Of a DNA stretch of 64,000 nucleotides, positions 1-10,227 are shown in pieces. The stretch comes from a virus. The notes beneath the pieces are model-generated. The model had not been told where the DNA came from. It was given only the letters and a program-made list of their open reading frames with translations, and did no database searches. Location: the IMG/VR virus record IMGVR_UViG_3300025158_000005, one strand, 5' to 3'. The first letter of the stretch is position 1, and each line of letters starts with the position of its first letter. The position numbers were made by a program, and so were the translations under genes.

Positions 1-64
1 AATCACGTTTACTGCATCGTTTTCTGGCACAGCATATCTAACATAATAAACAGGGAGTAATCTT

Positions 65-2023
65 ATGCCAAAATACCTAACCAACATAGACCTACAAAAC
101 AATCAATTATTGAATGCCAAAATTGGTCTAACGGGAACTGATCCCTCTACTTCTGCAAGCACAGAAGGTCTTATCTGGTGGAACAGTTCGACTCACTTAT
201 TAAAGGTTAGCGATCAAGCTGGAACAGTTCAAGTCGTCGGTTGGTTGGGTTCATCAACCGCATCATTAGCAGCTAACGGAACAGGCGCAGCCGGTACTGC
301 GACAACAGCCGCACGTTCGGATCACACCCACACGTTGCCTGCCAATACGGCAGCATCAACACTTACCGTCGGGGGTGCAGCAACTATTGGTTCAAGTACG
401 GGCGTTGCTCGCGCTGACCACGTTCACGCTATGCCCGCGGTCGCAACAACTTCTGTTGCTGGTTTCATGTCTGCTGCTGATAAGACGATGTTGACTAATG
501 CACAGGCGGCACAAACAGCTAATGCATATCTCGTTCTTCGTGATGCCGATGGTCGATTCCAAGCAACCGATCCTTCTGCTCCCCAAGACGTTGCAACCAA
601 GAATTATGTTGACACCACGGCACAAGGTCTAAATGCGAAGTCGTCTGTTCGTGCTGCAACAACCGCAGCCCTAGTCATTACCGCAAGAACATCTAGCACG
701 TTGACGATTGGTGGCACGTCATTTGCTCTTGATGGTATTACACTTGCAAATAATGATCGTGTTTTGGTTAAGGATTCCACTACTGGTTCTGGTGCTGGTG
801 CGTGGGATAATGGTATATACACTGTTGGTGGTATTGGAACTTCAGTAGTTCTTACACGCGCCTTAGATCAAGATTTATCATCAGAATTCCCTGCTGCTTA
901 TGTATGGATTGATGAGGGTGCGGTAAACAACGACCAAGGTTGGTTGTGTACTAACACCACAACAGCAGGCGTTACGGTCGGCACAACAGCGATCACATGG
1001 GTACAATTCTCTGGTGCAGGTCAAATTACCGTTACTGCACCGATTCTGAAATCTGGTAACTCTCTGGCTCTTGGCTACGATAACGCCACGATCGGTGTTT
1101 CTGGTAATAATATCTACGTCAAGAATAACAGTATCTCATCAACCCAGATGGCAACATCGTTTACTGCTGCTAACATCTACTCGATTCTGGGCGGCACGTC
1201 AACATACGCAACTGGCACCGCAGGTAAGCTAGTATTTGATACTAGCCCGACTCTTGTTACTCCTACGCTTGGTGTTGCTTCTGCTACCACGATTAACAAG
1301 GTAACGATTACTGCGCCTGCTACAGGCTCGACATTGACGATCGCCAACGGTAAAACGCTAACTGCAAGTAACACGTTAACATTTACCGGTACAGACTCTT
1401 CATCTGTCGCTTTTGGTACTGGTGGTACGGTTGCTTATACGGCAAACAATTTATCAGTCTTCGCCGCAACTACTTCTGCTCAGTTGTTAGGGGTTATATC
1501 AGACGAAACTGGTTCTGGTTCGTTAGTATTCGCGTCAAGTCCTACTCTAACTACCCCGATTATTGGAACAGTTTATGGCTCAACCGCAGCCTCTGGAACA
1601 TTAACTCTTTCATCAACAACCCATGCGACAAAAGGAACAGTCACTGTAGGCAATTCTAACGCCGGAACATTGACTATGCAAGCGGCAACCATTAATATCA
1701 AGGTTGGCGCAGCAGCAACAGGTGGATACCTCAAGGTAGATGCAACAACTGGACTGTTAAGTATTGACACTACGACCCACGGTGGTGTTAATAAATATGT
1801 GACTAGTATTGGTGATGGAACAACAACGCAGATTGTTGTGACTCATAACCTTGGTACTGCTGACTTTGTTGCAGAAGTTTATAACAACAGTTCTCCATAT
1901 GATCGTGTTTATCCTGATATTTGGCATGCTGATACTGGAGGTATAAATGCAACAACAAAGGCAACATTCGTATTTGCTGTTGCCCCTACATCTAATCAAT
2001 ATCGTGTTGTTATAACTGGTTAA
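65..2023 (+). CDS. Tail fiber / whisker-like virion structural protein
   Basis: 652 aa, Thr/Gly/Ala-rich; ARSDHTH/ARADHVH, DVATKNYVD and W-x-QFSGAG motifs typical of phage fibers; lies upstream of neck genes. Confidence 0.7.
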   Translation: MPKYLTNIDLQNNQLLNAKIGLTGTDPSTSASTEGLIWWNSSTHLLKVSDQAGTVQVVGWLGSSTASLAANGTGAAGTATTAARSDHTHTLPANTAASTLTVGGAATIGSSTGVARADHVHAMPAVATTSVAGFMSAADKTMLTNAQAAQTANAYLVLRDADGRFQATDPSAPQDVATKNYVDTTAQGLNAKSSVRAATTAALVITARTSSTLTIGGTSFALDGITLANNDRVLVKDSTTGSGAGAWDNGIYTVGGIGTSVVLTRALDQDLSSEFPAAYVWIDEGAVNNDQGWLCTNTTTAGVTVGTTAITWVQFSGAGQITVTAPILKSGNSLALGYDNATIGVSGNNIYVKNNSISSTQMATSFTAANIYSILGGTSTYATGTAGKLVFDTSPTLVTPTLGVASATTINKVTITAPATGSTLTIANGKTLTASNTLTFTGTDSSSVAFGTGGTVAYTANNLSVFAATTSAQLLGVISDETGSGSLVFASSPTLTTPIIGTVYGSTAASGTLTLSSTTHATKGTVTVGNSNAGTLTMQAATINIKVGAAATGGYLKVDATTGLLSIDTTTHGGVNKYVTSIGDGTTTQIVVTHNLGTADFVAEVYNNSSPYDRVYPDIWHADTGGINATTKATFVFAVAPTSNQYRVVITG

Positions 2024-2026
2024 TAA

Positions 2027-2362
2027 ATGCAGTTTTTAAATGGTCTTCAACTTACCAACAGTCAGGTAACTATCAGCGGAACCACAGCGGTATCGCTGTT
2101 CAGTTATCCAACATCAACATTGGTTGGTGGTGAGTTGATGATTTTAGCCGAACAAGGTTCGGCTAAAATGATTACGAAACTTCTGTTCATTACTGATGGT
2201 ACTGCTACAGCAATAACCGATGAATATGCGACGATCACTATAGGAACATTCACAGACGTTCCGACGTTCTATGCATCGTATCTATCCGGAACATGCACAG
2301 TCTTCGCAAACTGTCCAACGTCAACAACATATAAAACAACTTACTCGATTGTGACAAACTAA
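2027..2362 (+). CDS. Small virion-associated hypothetical protein
   Basis: 111 aa, beta-rich, tightly coupled between the fiber gene and gp13. Confidence 0.5.
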   Translation: MQFLNGLQLTNSQVTISGTTAVSLFSYPTSTLVGGELMILAEQGSAKMITKLLFITDGTATAITDEYATITIGTFTDVPTFYASYLSGTCTVFANCPTSTTYKTTYSIVTN

Positions 2363-2363
2363 C

Positions 2364-3290
2364 ATGGCAATATATTCAAGACAGGATTTGGCTGATTACG
2401 CACTTAGAAAATTAGGTGCTCCGGTAATCAATATCGAGGTTGCTGATGCACAATTATCTGATGCAATTGACGACACCATCCGAATGTTTCAAGAATATCA
2501 TCCAGACGGTATCACTCGTGACTATGTGAAGCACCAGTTCACCGCTACGAAAATCACTGTTGACTCCGTTACTGGAATTTCTGTAGGAATTCAACTTAGC
2601 ACGAGTGGTGGCAGTGCTTCCGTGCTATCGATTTCGGGAAATGACGTATACGTAGCAAAGACTACGGGCAACCTTTTCTTAGTTAACGATATATTGGAGT
2701 TTACTGGTGGCACATGTACGGTGACTGCGATTGTGTATGGCGACGCGGATAACAAGTATATTCCTATCGGAAATGATATTGTTGGTATTGAGCGTGTTCT
2801 ACCTTGGCAGCCATCATACGGCGATGGATTGTTTGATATTACGTATCAACTACGCATGAATGATCTAAGAAATTTGGCTGGCGGTAACATGAGTTATTTC
2901 ACCATGTCAATGGAATACATTTCAATGTTGGACTTCTTCCTACGTAAAGAGAAGCAATTCAGATTCAATCGTCGTATGGGAAACCTATATTTGGACATTG
3001 ATTGGAATGCCGAGGTCGTCCCTGGGCAATATGTCGTTATTGAAGTATATCGTATCGTTGATGATGAAACGTATACCGATCTTTATAATGATATCTGGAT
3101 TAAGAAGTATGCCACAGAGAAGGTAAAACTTCAATGGGGAAACAATCTTCGCAAGTACAAGGATCTGGCGCTTCCTGGTGGTGCATATCTAAACGGCGAA
3201 AACATCATGATAGAGGCCACGGAAGCACTCAAGGAACTTGAAGCCGACATGATCAATAACCAAGCTCCATTGCAAATGATGTTAGGATAA
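2364..3290 (+). CDS. gp13: Neck protein gp13
   Basis: N-terminal SRQDLADYALRKLGAPVINIEV and C-terminal QWGNNLRKY..LPGG..LNG motifs; synteny. Confidence 0.92.
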   Translation: MAIYSRQDLADYALRKLGAPVINIEVADAQLSDAIDDTIRMFQEYHPDGITRDYVKHQFTATKITVDSVTGISVGIQLSTSGGSASVLSISGNDVYVAKTTGNLFLVNDILEFTGGTCTVTAIVYGDADNKYIPIGNDIVGIERVLPWQPSYGDGLFDITYQLRMNDLRNLAGGNMSYFTMSMEYISMLDFFLRKEKQFRFNRRMGNLYLDIDWNAEVVPGQYVVIEVYRIVDDETYTDLYNDIWIKKYATEKVKLQWGNNLRKYKDLALPGGAYLNGENIMIEATEALKELEADMINNQAPLQMMLG

Positions 3291-3293
3291 CGA

Positions 3294-4028
3294 ATGGCAG
3301 GTCTAGCCAATCCATACTTCAATAAGCAACCGGTGAATGAACAGACTCTGTTACAGGGAATCGTAACGGAAGCCATACAAGTCTCGGGGTTCAATGCATT
3401 CTATCTTCCAAGACAAACTCAGAATCTTGATCTAGTGTTAGGTGAGGATGTCGTTTCAAAGTTTGACAAGCATATCGAGATTGAAATTTATCAGGACTCG
3501 TTCTCTGGATTCCAGGGTCAACAAGAAATGATTTCGAAGTTCGGTCTTGAAATTCGCAACCAGATCGTGTTTCAAATATCGGTTACTAGATGGGCAGTGG
3601 AGAAGGATGCGATTGCTTCCGTCATGATGAATGGTGGCGATCGTCCGCAAGAAGGCGATTTGATATATGATCCGATTACTAAACGCCTTTATAATATTGT
3701 TTATATAGACTTCGATTGGCAATTTGTCCAGTTGGGTAAGATGACGTATTCTTACAAAATAACCACTGAACAATATCAATTTGCTAATGACGTTGGCACC
3801 ACGGGTATTACCGAACTTGATGATGCAATCAATCTAGTCAATACAAATCAATATGACTTCGAATTGATGCAGGAAAGTGGATTTAGACTTCTACAGGAAG
3901 ATGGTTCATCGATTTTCCAAGAACATTCAAATGCATCTCCTCTACAATATGATTCGTCGGCAGCACTCAATATCGCGGTTGGACCGATCAAGTTCAACGA
4001 CAATGATCCGTTCAATAGTCTACTATAA
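3294..4028 (+). CDS. gp14: Neck protein gp14
   Basis: NPYF..EQ.L..EAIQ..G...YLPR, SKFGLEIR and RPQEGDLIY motifs. Confidence 0.92.
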   Translation: MAGLANPYFNKQPVNEQTLLQGIVTEAIQVSGFNAFYLPRQTQNLDLVLGEDVVSKFDKHIEIEIYQDSFSGFQGQQEMISKFGLEIRNQIVFQISVTRWAVEKDAIASVMMNGGDRPQEGDLIYDPITKRLYNIVYIDFDWQFVQLGKMTYSYKITTEQYQFANDVGTTGITELDDAINLVNTNQYDFELMQESGFRLLQEDGSSIFQEHSNASPLQYDSSAALNIAVGPIKFNDNDPFNSLL

Positions 4029-4768
4029 TGTTCAAAAATAATCCTTACTACCATAAATCGATACGTAATGCGGTCATTGCATTCGGTAATCTTTTCTCCG
4101 GAATTCATCTAGTCGATTATGAATCAACAGGAAAGGCTATCAGAAACGTTGAAGTTCCCATTTCATTTGCCAGAAAACAACAGTGGTTACAACGTATTCA
4201 AGGTGACCCCGAGTTTCTGAAAAAGTTCGAAGCGGAGTTGCCTCGAATTTCATTTGATATCATATCAATGGAATATCAAGCAGGAAAGAAAATCGGCAAT
4301 CACTTCGATCATATGCTTATAAACTGTGGAGTACCAAAAACAGTGGGTTCACCTGCACCTTGGAGACTTACATTTGAACTTTCGGCATACTGCAAGACTG
4401 TTGATGATTCGCTACAGATTAAGGAACAAATTCTTCCTTACTTCACTCCATCATTGGCGTTAAATTACTTGCTTCTTCCCGAATACAACTTCTCGATGGA
4501 CGTACCTGTTACTCTGTTGAGTATAACTGATGAAGATAATTATGATGATCTTCATTCAAATAGACGGATAATCGATACATATACGTTTGCGATGGACGTT
4601 CAACTGTTCGGACCGACTTCTAATAATGTTGGAGTCATTAAGGAAACGATTGCAAATATCAACACGATGGACGGTACTCCAATGGAAACAAATAATTCTG
4701 TTGTCGTGCCAAGAACAGCAAATAAGACGGATGCTTATACGATTGCTGCAAACTGGACGATACTATGA
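4028..4768 (+). CDS. gp15: Tail sheath stabilizer / tail terminator gp15
   Basis: YYHKSIRNAVIAFGNLF, LPRISF and QILPYFTP motifs. Confidence 0.92.
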   Translation: MFKNNPYYHKSIRNAVIAFGNLFSGIHLVDYESTGKAIRNVEVPISFARKQQWLQRIQGDPEFLKKFEAELPRISFDIISMEYQAGKKIGNHFDHMLINCGVPKTVGSPAPWRLTFELSAYCKTVDDSLQIKEQILPYFTPSLALNYLLLPEYNFSMDVPVTLLSITDEDNYDDLHSNRRIIDTYTFAMDVQLFGPTSNNVGVIKETIANINTMDGTPMETNNSVVVPRTANKTDAYTIAANWTIL

Positions 4769-5193
4769 AAGAAATTGAAAAGATGCTCAACATAGTACCA
4801 TCAGATATTCATTCTGCTGAGCTAAGTTTGTCTGCGATTATGCCTCAAGAAGTTGAAACTCCAGAGGATCCAGATTTTGCATACGCTCGTCTGAATTTAT
4901 ATTCGATCATGGAACAAGGTAAGATGGCGTTAGAAGGTGCCTTGCGCGTGGCCGAACAGTCGGAGAATCCACGTGCATATGAAGTGGTTGGTGGGCTTAT
5001 TGGTCAAATGGCTGCATTAAATAAAACACTAATGCAACTAGGTAAGGATAAAGAAGACGTAAAGACCGCTCGGAAGGGCAATAGTTCGCCGACTGCGGCC
5101 ACGCAAGCCTCAGTAATGAATAATACAGCAATATTTGTCGGTTCAGGCAACGATATTAATAAACTAATCGCAGAGAGATTGGGTAATAAATGA
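4765..5193 (+). CDS. gp16: Terminase small subunit gp16
   Basis: DFAYAR.NL, SENPRAYEV and NNTAIFVGS motifs; position before gp17. Confidence 0.9.
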   Translation: MKEIEKMLNIVPSDIHSAELSLSAIMPQEVETPEDPDFAYARLNLYSIMEQGKMALEGALRVAEQSENPRAYEVVGGLIGQMAALNKTLMQLGKDKEDVKTARKGNSSPTAATQASVMNNTAIFVGSGNDINKLIAERLGNK

Positions 5194-5468
5194 AAACATT
5201 CAAAGAGTTCGTAAAAGAAGCAAAATGGGTAACCGACCCGGAAGAACCCGCTACAGGGCTAAAACGCGGAGATTCTGTTTATCATAGGGAAAATGGGCAT
5301 ACGCTTAGAACTGCAACGTATCTTCAAACTGATACTAAGAATGGTGATCATATTATCAAACACAAGGTACAGGATAAAGATGAACTCGCCGGCGGAATCC
5401 GGCGAGTAAAAGCAAAGGACGTATTCCGGGACCCGGGTGACGCTTGGAAGAATCCGTATAAAGTATGA
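5190..5468 (+). CDS. Putative internal head protein with capsid-targeting N-terminus
   Basis: Starts MKTFKEFVKE, matching the T4 IP targeting sequence (MKTF/YxEF..E); small and basic. Confidence 0.6.
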   Translation: MKTFKEFVKEAKWVTDPEEPATGLKRGDSVYHRENGHTLRTATYLQTDTKNGDHIIKHKVQDKDELAGGIRRVKAKDVFRDPGDAWKNPYKV

Positions 5469-5524
5469 AAACATTCATAGAATTTGTTCTTTCAGTCCGA
5501 GTTTATCATGGTCTATATGCGTAA
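5465..5524 (+). pseudogene. Truncated remnant of a second internal-protein gene (MKTFIEFVLSVRVYHGLYA*)
   Basis: ATGA-coupled to the previous ORF; same MKTFxEFV start; only 19 codons. Confidence 0.45.
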
Positions 5525-5533
5525 GAAGGATAA

Positions 5534-7156
5534 ATGATAGAATTATCCCAAATTGAGGAATATTTACAGCATCTTTCCTTTAAATCGAACCCCAATCTTA
5601 GACCTGTAAATTCACCCATCGAATATACTGAGGAAATGCTTGATGAATATATCAAGTGTTCCCAGGACCCGATATATTTTATATGTAAGTACGTCAAGGT
5701 AGTTCACCCTGATCGCGGTGTAGTCCTTATGGAATTGTACGACTATCAGAAAGAGATGGTCGATTCATATTATCATAACAGATTTTCTATCGTTCGAACA
5801 GCCCGGCAGCAGGGCAAAACCCAAACTGCCGCTGCATTTTTCGTTTGGTATATCATATTCAACGATAATAAGTCTGTTGCTGTTCTCGCCAATAAGCAAG
5901 CAACCTCCGATGAAATTCTATCACGTATCAGAATGTCATATGAGAATCTTCCTAAGTGGTTGCAGATGGGCGTCAAGGTTTTTAATAGAAGATCGATTGA
6001 ACTAGAGAATGGTTCAAAGTTATTCGGTGCTGCCACATCAAGTTCTGGTATTCGTGGTAAAACAATCAATCTTCTGTATATCGATGAAATGGCGTTCATT
6101 CAGAATACAGCCTTTGAGGAATTCTTCACGTCGGTATATCCAACAATTACGGCTTCACGGGATGCCCGCGTAATTCTTACCAGTACGCCTAATGGTTTCA
6201 ATCATTTTTACAAGTTCTGGTCTGATGCAGAAAAAGGAATAAACGGTTTCAATCCAGTTCGTGTTCATTGGTATCAAACTCCTGGAAGAGATCAGAAATG
6301 GTTCGAGTCTCAGATGGCGATTCTGGGTGAACAAAAGGGAGCACAGGAAATTCTTGCTGAGTTCATGGGTTCGAGTAGACAATTACTGTCAGCAACAACC
6401 ATGGCAACGCTTACATATGACATTCCAATAAAGACATATGAAGGCGAATTCGCTGGGCTAAAGGTCTACAAAACTCCAGAGAAAGATCGCGTATATACCA
6501 TGACTGTTGACGTATCAAGAGGTCGTCATTTGGATGCCTCTGCATTCTCAATATTCGACGTAACCGAATATCCGCATCGAGTTGCCGCAACATATAAGAA
6601 CAATGAAGTTCCCCCTTTGATGTACGCGGGCATTTGTTTCAATATGGCAAAAAATTATAATGAAGCATTTATTCTAGTAGAAATCAATGATGTTGGTGCC
6701 CAGGTGGCTGATGAACTCTTTCACACCTACGAATATGAGAATCTTTACTGGACCAAATCCGGTGACGTACTAGGTAAGAAAGGTGCCGACCCGTATCCTG
6801 GCATTAGAACGACCAAAAAGACTAAACGGATTGGTTGTGCAAACTTGAAGGATATCGTAGAGAGAAATCAACTTATCGTAAATGATGCCGATACGATAAC
6901 CGAACTAAGTACATTCGTTCAAGCAGACTCTGGTACATGGGAAGCCGATGATGGATTCCATGATGATATGGTTGCAACTTTATGGTTATTCGCTTGGTTG
7001 GTAACTCAACCGTGGTTCGTTGATCTTACTGATAGAAGCATGAGAAATAAGATGTATCTAGCCAAGGAAAAGGAGATGGAAGACTCCTTGACTCCGTTCG
7101 GTTTTATACAAGACGGATTATCTGATGAACTAGAAGAAGTAAATCTCAACTGGTAA
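5534..7156 (+). CDS. gp17: Terminase large subunit gp17
   Basis: Walker A RQQGKT, Walker B LYIDE, STPNG, nuclease VDVSRG and HDDMV. Confidence 0.97.
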   Translation: MIELSQIEEYLQHLSFKSNPNLRPVNSPIEYTEEMLDEYIKCSQDPIYFICKYVKVVHPDRGVVLMELYDYQKEMVDSYYHNRFSIVRTARQQGKTQTAAAFFVWYIIFNDNKSVAVLANKQATSDEILSRIRMSYENLPKWLQMGVKVFNRRSIELENGSKLFGAATSSSGIRGKTINLLYIDEMAFIQNTAFEEFFTSVYPTITASRDARVILTSTPNGFNHFYKFWSDAEKGINGFNPVRVHWYQTPGRDQKWFESQMAILGEQKGAQEILAEFMGSSRQLLSATTMATLTYDIPIKTYEGEFAGLKVYKTPEKDRVYTMTVDVSRGRHLDASAFSIFDVTEYPHRVAATYKNNEVPPLMYAGICFNMAKNYNEAFILVEINDVGAQVADELFHTYEYENLYWTKSGDVLGKKGADPYPGIRTTKKTKRIGCANLKDIVERNQLIVNDADTITELSTFVQADSGTWEADDGFHDDMVATLWLFAWLVTQPWFVDLTDRSMRNKMYLAKEKEMEDSLTPFGFIQDGLSDELEEVNLNW

Positions 7157-7400
7157 GCGAACGAAGCGAGTGCGGCGAATTCGCTAATGGTTTAAATTAC
7201 CATACGCAACGGCAGCGACCGGAGGGATAGTGCATAAGTAGTAATCAATGGGAGATAATGCACAATCTAGCGAACTTCGTTCGCACTCGCTTCGCTCGTA
7301 GATTCATTTGGATTTAGATTAGAACTTATAAGATGCATCCATGAATTTACCATCTAGCACCCATTCATTAATGCTAACACTGCGCGGTTATTTTTGTCAA
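7157..7400 (-). repeat. Copy 1 of a duplicated structured non-coding element with an antisense sigma70 promoter
   Basis: 43-bp block 7193-7235 is identical to 55047-55089; 32-bp block 7268-7299 matches 55104-55135 with 1 mismatch; minus-strand TTGACA (7395-7400)-N18-TAGCAT. Confidence 0.85.
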
Positions 7401-7475
7401 ATTTATTTGTTACGGTTCATTGAAATCAATGACATATAAATATTTGACAATTGCGTTTTCTTGTGATTTTGAAGT

Positions 7476-7510
7476 CTAAATAAGTGCAAAACAAGAGAAG
7501 TGCTAAATAT
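7476..7510 (+). promoter_or_regulatory. Two late (gp55-type) promoter motifs TAAATA upstream of gp18
   Basis: ctaaataa / ctaaatat; the same (A/C)TAAATA motif precedes gp19, gp22, the 45.7-50.4 kb genes and others; resembles the T4 late TATAAATA. Confidence 0.6.
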
Positions 7511-7557
7511 ATTTGTGAAAATATTCACCAAATGTTATAATTTTAAGGAGTTTTAGA

Positions 7558-9555
7558 ATGCCTATCCAAACAAGCCCAAGTGTGGCCATTGTCGAAACCG
7601 ACTTTTCTCAAATAGTGCCTCTTGCGGCTACTGGCGCTGGCGCAATCGTCGGTCAGTTCCCAACTGGGCCACTTCTACAACCTGTTCTATGTACATCAAC
7701 AACTGATCTACAGAATTACTTCGGAACACCAAATAACGACAACTACAAAGAATGGTTTACTGCATGGAACTTCCTGCAATATTCCGGTTCTCTTTGGGTT
7801 ACTCGTATCCAAGCCACTGGTGTAATGAATGCCGCTGCTAAGAAGTCCGGTTCAACATCTGGAATTCTTCTTGGTAATCAAACTGCATATGATATGTCTA
7901 CTGAGCTAAGTCTAACTACCGCTGGCGAGTGGATTTGTAAGCAACCAGGTGCTCTAGGAAATGCACTCGAAGTTATCATGATTGATAACGGAACATGGGC
8001 AACCTTTCAAGCAGATTATAACAAGTCTCTGTCATACAACGTTGCTACGGCTGCAATCGCTACCGACGTTGCTACGATTACTGGTTCAGGTTTCCCATTC
8101 GCAACCGGGGATAGCGTGACTCTTGCTGGATTTATCGGCGACGACGCAGTATTCAACGGCACCCATACTCTTGCATCTGCATCTTCAGGGTCGTTGACGT
8201 TTGCGATCACTTCGGTTGATTATTCGGCAGCAAGTATCTCTACCGCTTGCACTGTAACAGGTAATGCTCTGTACATGAGTGAAAGCCGTCACCTATATTC
8301 ATATTTGAAGTTTGGTAAACCAACAACAACAACGTTCATGTCAGCTACAAATGCCGCTGTTATGGACGAACTAACGGTTTTCGTTATCGATAAAACTGGT
8401 GCAATTACCGGTGTTGCTGGTCGCATTCTTGAGTTGTGGGAAGGACTATCTAAGGTAGCAGATGCAACGAACTATCTTGGTCAAGGTATCTACTACGCAA
8501 CGTTCATGAACGTAAATTCAAACTGGTGTTACTGGGCTTCTGAACCTTCTACCGGAACTGGTCTTGCATGGGGTAACGTATCTTCAACGTATTCTACTGG
8601 CGTTGCTCAACAAATGACTACCCTGTATGTCGTTTCCATGTCTGCCGGTGATGACGGTTCGTTGACTGGACCTGAAAAGATCGCTGCACTACAAAACGCA
8701 TATTCAGTATACTCCGATAAAGAACAGATTCCTCTCGCATACATCATGACTGTTGATTATCCAGCCAACGTTGTTCAATATGCAGTTGATATCGCCGAAA
8801 CTCGCCGCGATTGTATCGTGTTTGTCTCCGCTAACAACAGCGGAGTACCATTCACCGCTGCTTCGACCGTTGTTAATGATCTTCAAACCTTCCGCGGTGT
8901 GACGCTGAATGTAAACAGTTCATACGCATTCCTAGACTCCGGTTACAAGTATCAATTCGACGGATTCAACCAAGTTTATCGTTGGATTCCTCTGAACGGT
9001 GACACCGCTGGTCTATGCGCAAACCTAGATGCAAACTATCAATCTTGGTTCTCTCCAGCCGGTTTCACCCGCGGTCAAATCAAGAATGCTGTCAAGATTT
9101 CGACTCCATTGAATCAAGCTGCACGTGATATTCTGTATCCTCAGCAAGTCAATGCAGTTGTTTCTTTCCCTACCAAGGGTACAGTCCTGTTTGGTGACCG
9201 CACAATGCAATCCAAGCAATCTGCTTTCCAAAGCTACAACATTCGTAGACTGTTTATCATTCTTAAGAAGTCCATTCAAACTGCCGCTCAATATCAGTTG
9301 TTTGAGTTGAATACACCTAACACCCGTAATAACTTTGTGGGTATGGTGAAGCCATTCTTGGCAAGCGTAAAAGCAAATCAAGGTTTGGCAGACTTCTTGG
9401 TTGTGTGTGACAGTACAAACAACACGGACGCAACAATCGCAGCCGGGCAGTTCATTGCTGATATTTACATCAAGCCACTATATTCAATCCAATACGTTGT
9501 ATTGAATTTCGTTGCTGTGAAGTCATCGGTGCAGTTCAACACACTACACGCCTAA
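7558..9555 (+). CDS. gp18: Tail sheath protein gp18
   Basis: SPSV...E.D, WFTAWNFLQY, WFSPAGFTRG, LFGDRT and NIRRLF motifs. Confidence 0.97.
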   Translation: MPIQTSPSVAIVETDFSQIVPLAATGAGAIVGQFPTGPLLQPVLCTSTTDLQNYFGTPNNDNYKEWFTAWNFLQYSGSLWVTRIQATGVMNAAAKKSGSTSGILLGNQTAYDMSTELSLTTAGEWICKQPGALGNALEVIMIDNGTWATFQADYNKSLSYNVATAAIATDVATITGSGFPFATGDSVTLAGFIGDDAVFNGTHTLASASSGSLTFAITSVDYSAASISTACTVTGNALYMSESRHLYSYLKFGKPTTTTFMSATNAAVMDELTVFVIDKTGAITGVAGRILELWEGLSKVADATNYLGQGIYYATFMNVNSNWCYWASEPSTGTGLAWGNVSSTYSTGVAQQMTTLYVVSMSAGDDGSLTGPEKIAALQNAYSVYSDKEQIPLAYIMTVDYPANVVQYAVDIAETRRDCIVFVSANNSGVPFTAASTVVNDLQTFRGVTLNVNSSYAFLDSGYKYQFDGFNQVYRWIPLNGDTAGLCANLDANYQSWFSPAGFTRGQIKNAVKISTPLNQAARDILYPQQVNAVVSFPTKGTVLFGDRTMQSKQSAFQSYNIRRLFIILKKSIQTAAQYQLFELNTPNTRNNFVGMVKPFLASVKANQGLADFLVVCDSTNNTDATIAAGQFIADIYIKPLYSIQYVVLNFVAVKSSVQFNTLHA

Positions 9556-9564
9556 CATTATAAC

Positions 9565-9593
9565 GGAGAGGGAGTAAAATCCCTCTCTAAATA
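9565..9593 (+). terminator. Hairpin between gp18 and gp19 abutting a late promoter
   Basis: gagaggga-gtaaaa-tccctctc followed by TAAATA. Confidence 0.5.
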
Positions 9594-9617
9594 AAACAGT
9601 AACAAGGAGAAAGCCAA

Positions 9618-10208
9618 ATGGCAAATTTGACAAGTTTTAGAGAAACAATTGGTGGTGGTGTTCGCCCTAACCAGTTTGAAGTTCAACTTACCGATTTTGG
9701 TGGACCAATGTTTATCGACAACGGGGTGTTCTCATTCCTGTGTCATGCATCAAGTCTACCGGGCAGCACAATCGGACAAGCAACCGCCTTTCACCGCGGT
9801 CGTGCAGTACCTTTAGCAGGTGAGCGTATATTCGAACCTTGGACAGTCACGATTTATGCTGATCAGGGAATGGAAATTCGTACCGCCTTTGAACAGTGGT
9901 CCTCATACATTAACGACTACGCAAATAACTCTGGCGAAACAACGCCTTCGAATTATTCCGCAAGTGGTTACGTTATGCTTCTTGATCGTGCATCGAATCC
10001 TATCAAGACGTATCAAGTTATTGGTATCTGGCCAATAAATATTTCCGATATGCAACTCGGCTGGCAACAAAATGACGTTCTAGCAGAGTTTACCGTAACT
10101 TTCGCTGTAACAAGCATTGATCCAATGGCATCAACTCCTGGTCTGATTACAGCAGGTGACGATCCTACTATGGGTGGTTCCGCGCGAAACAATCCTGCAA
10201 TCGCTTAA
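9618..10208 (+). CDS. gp19: Tail tube protein gp19
   Basis: GGVRPNQFEV, LPGSTIG, GR..LAGER.FEPWTVT and WPINIS motifs. Confidence 0.95.
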   Translation: MANLTSFRETIGGGVRPNQFEVQLTDFGGPMFIDNGVFSFLCHASSLPGSTIGQATAFHRGRAVPLAGERIFEPWTVTIYADQGMEIRTAFEQWSSYINDYANNSGETTPSNYSASGYVMLLDRASNPIKTYQVIGIWPINISDMQLGWQQNDVLAEFTVTFAVTSIDPMASTPGLITAGDDPTMGGSARNNPAIA

Positions 10209-10227
10209 TTGGAATTAGAATTACTTT

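Noticed and set aside
7157-7299. CRISPR array or IS ends
   Set aside because: Only two dispersed copies, with no repeat-spacer periodicity and no cas or transposase gene.
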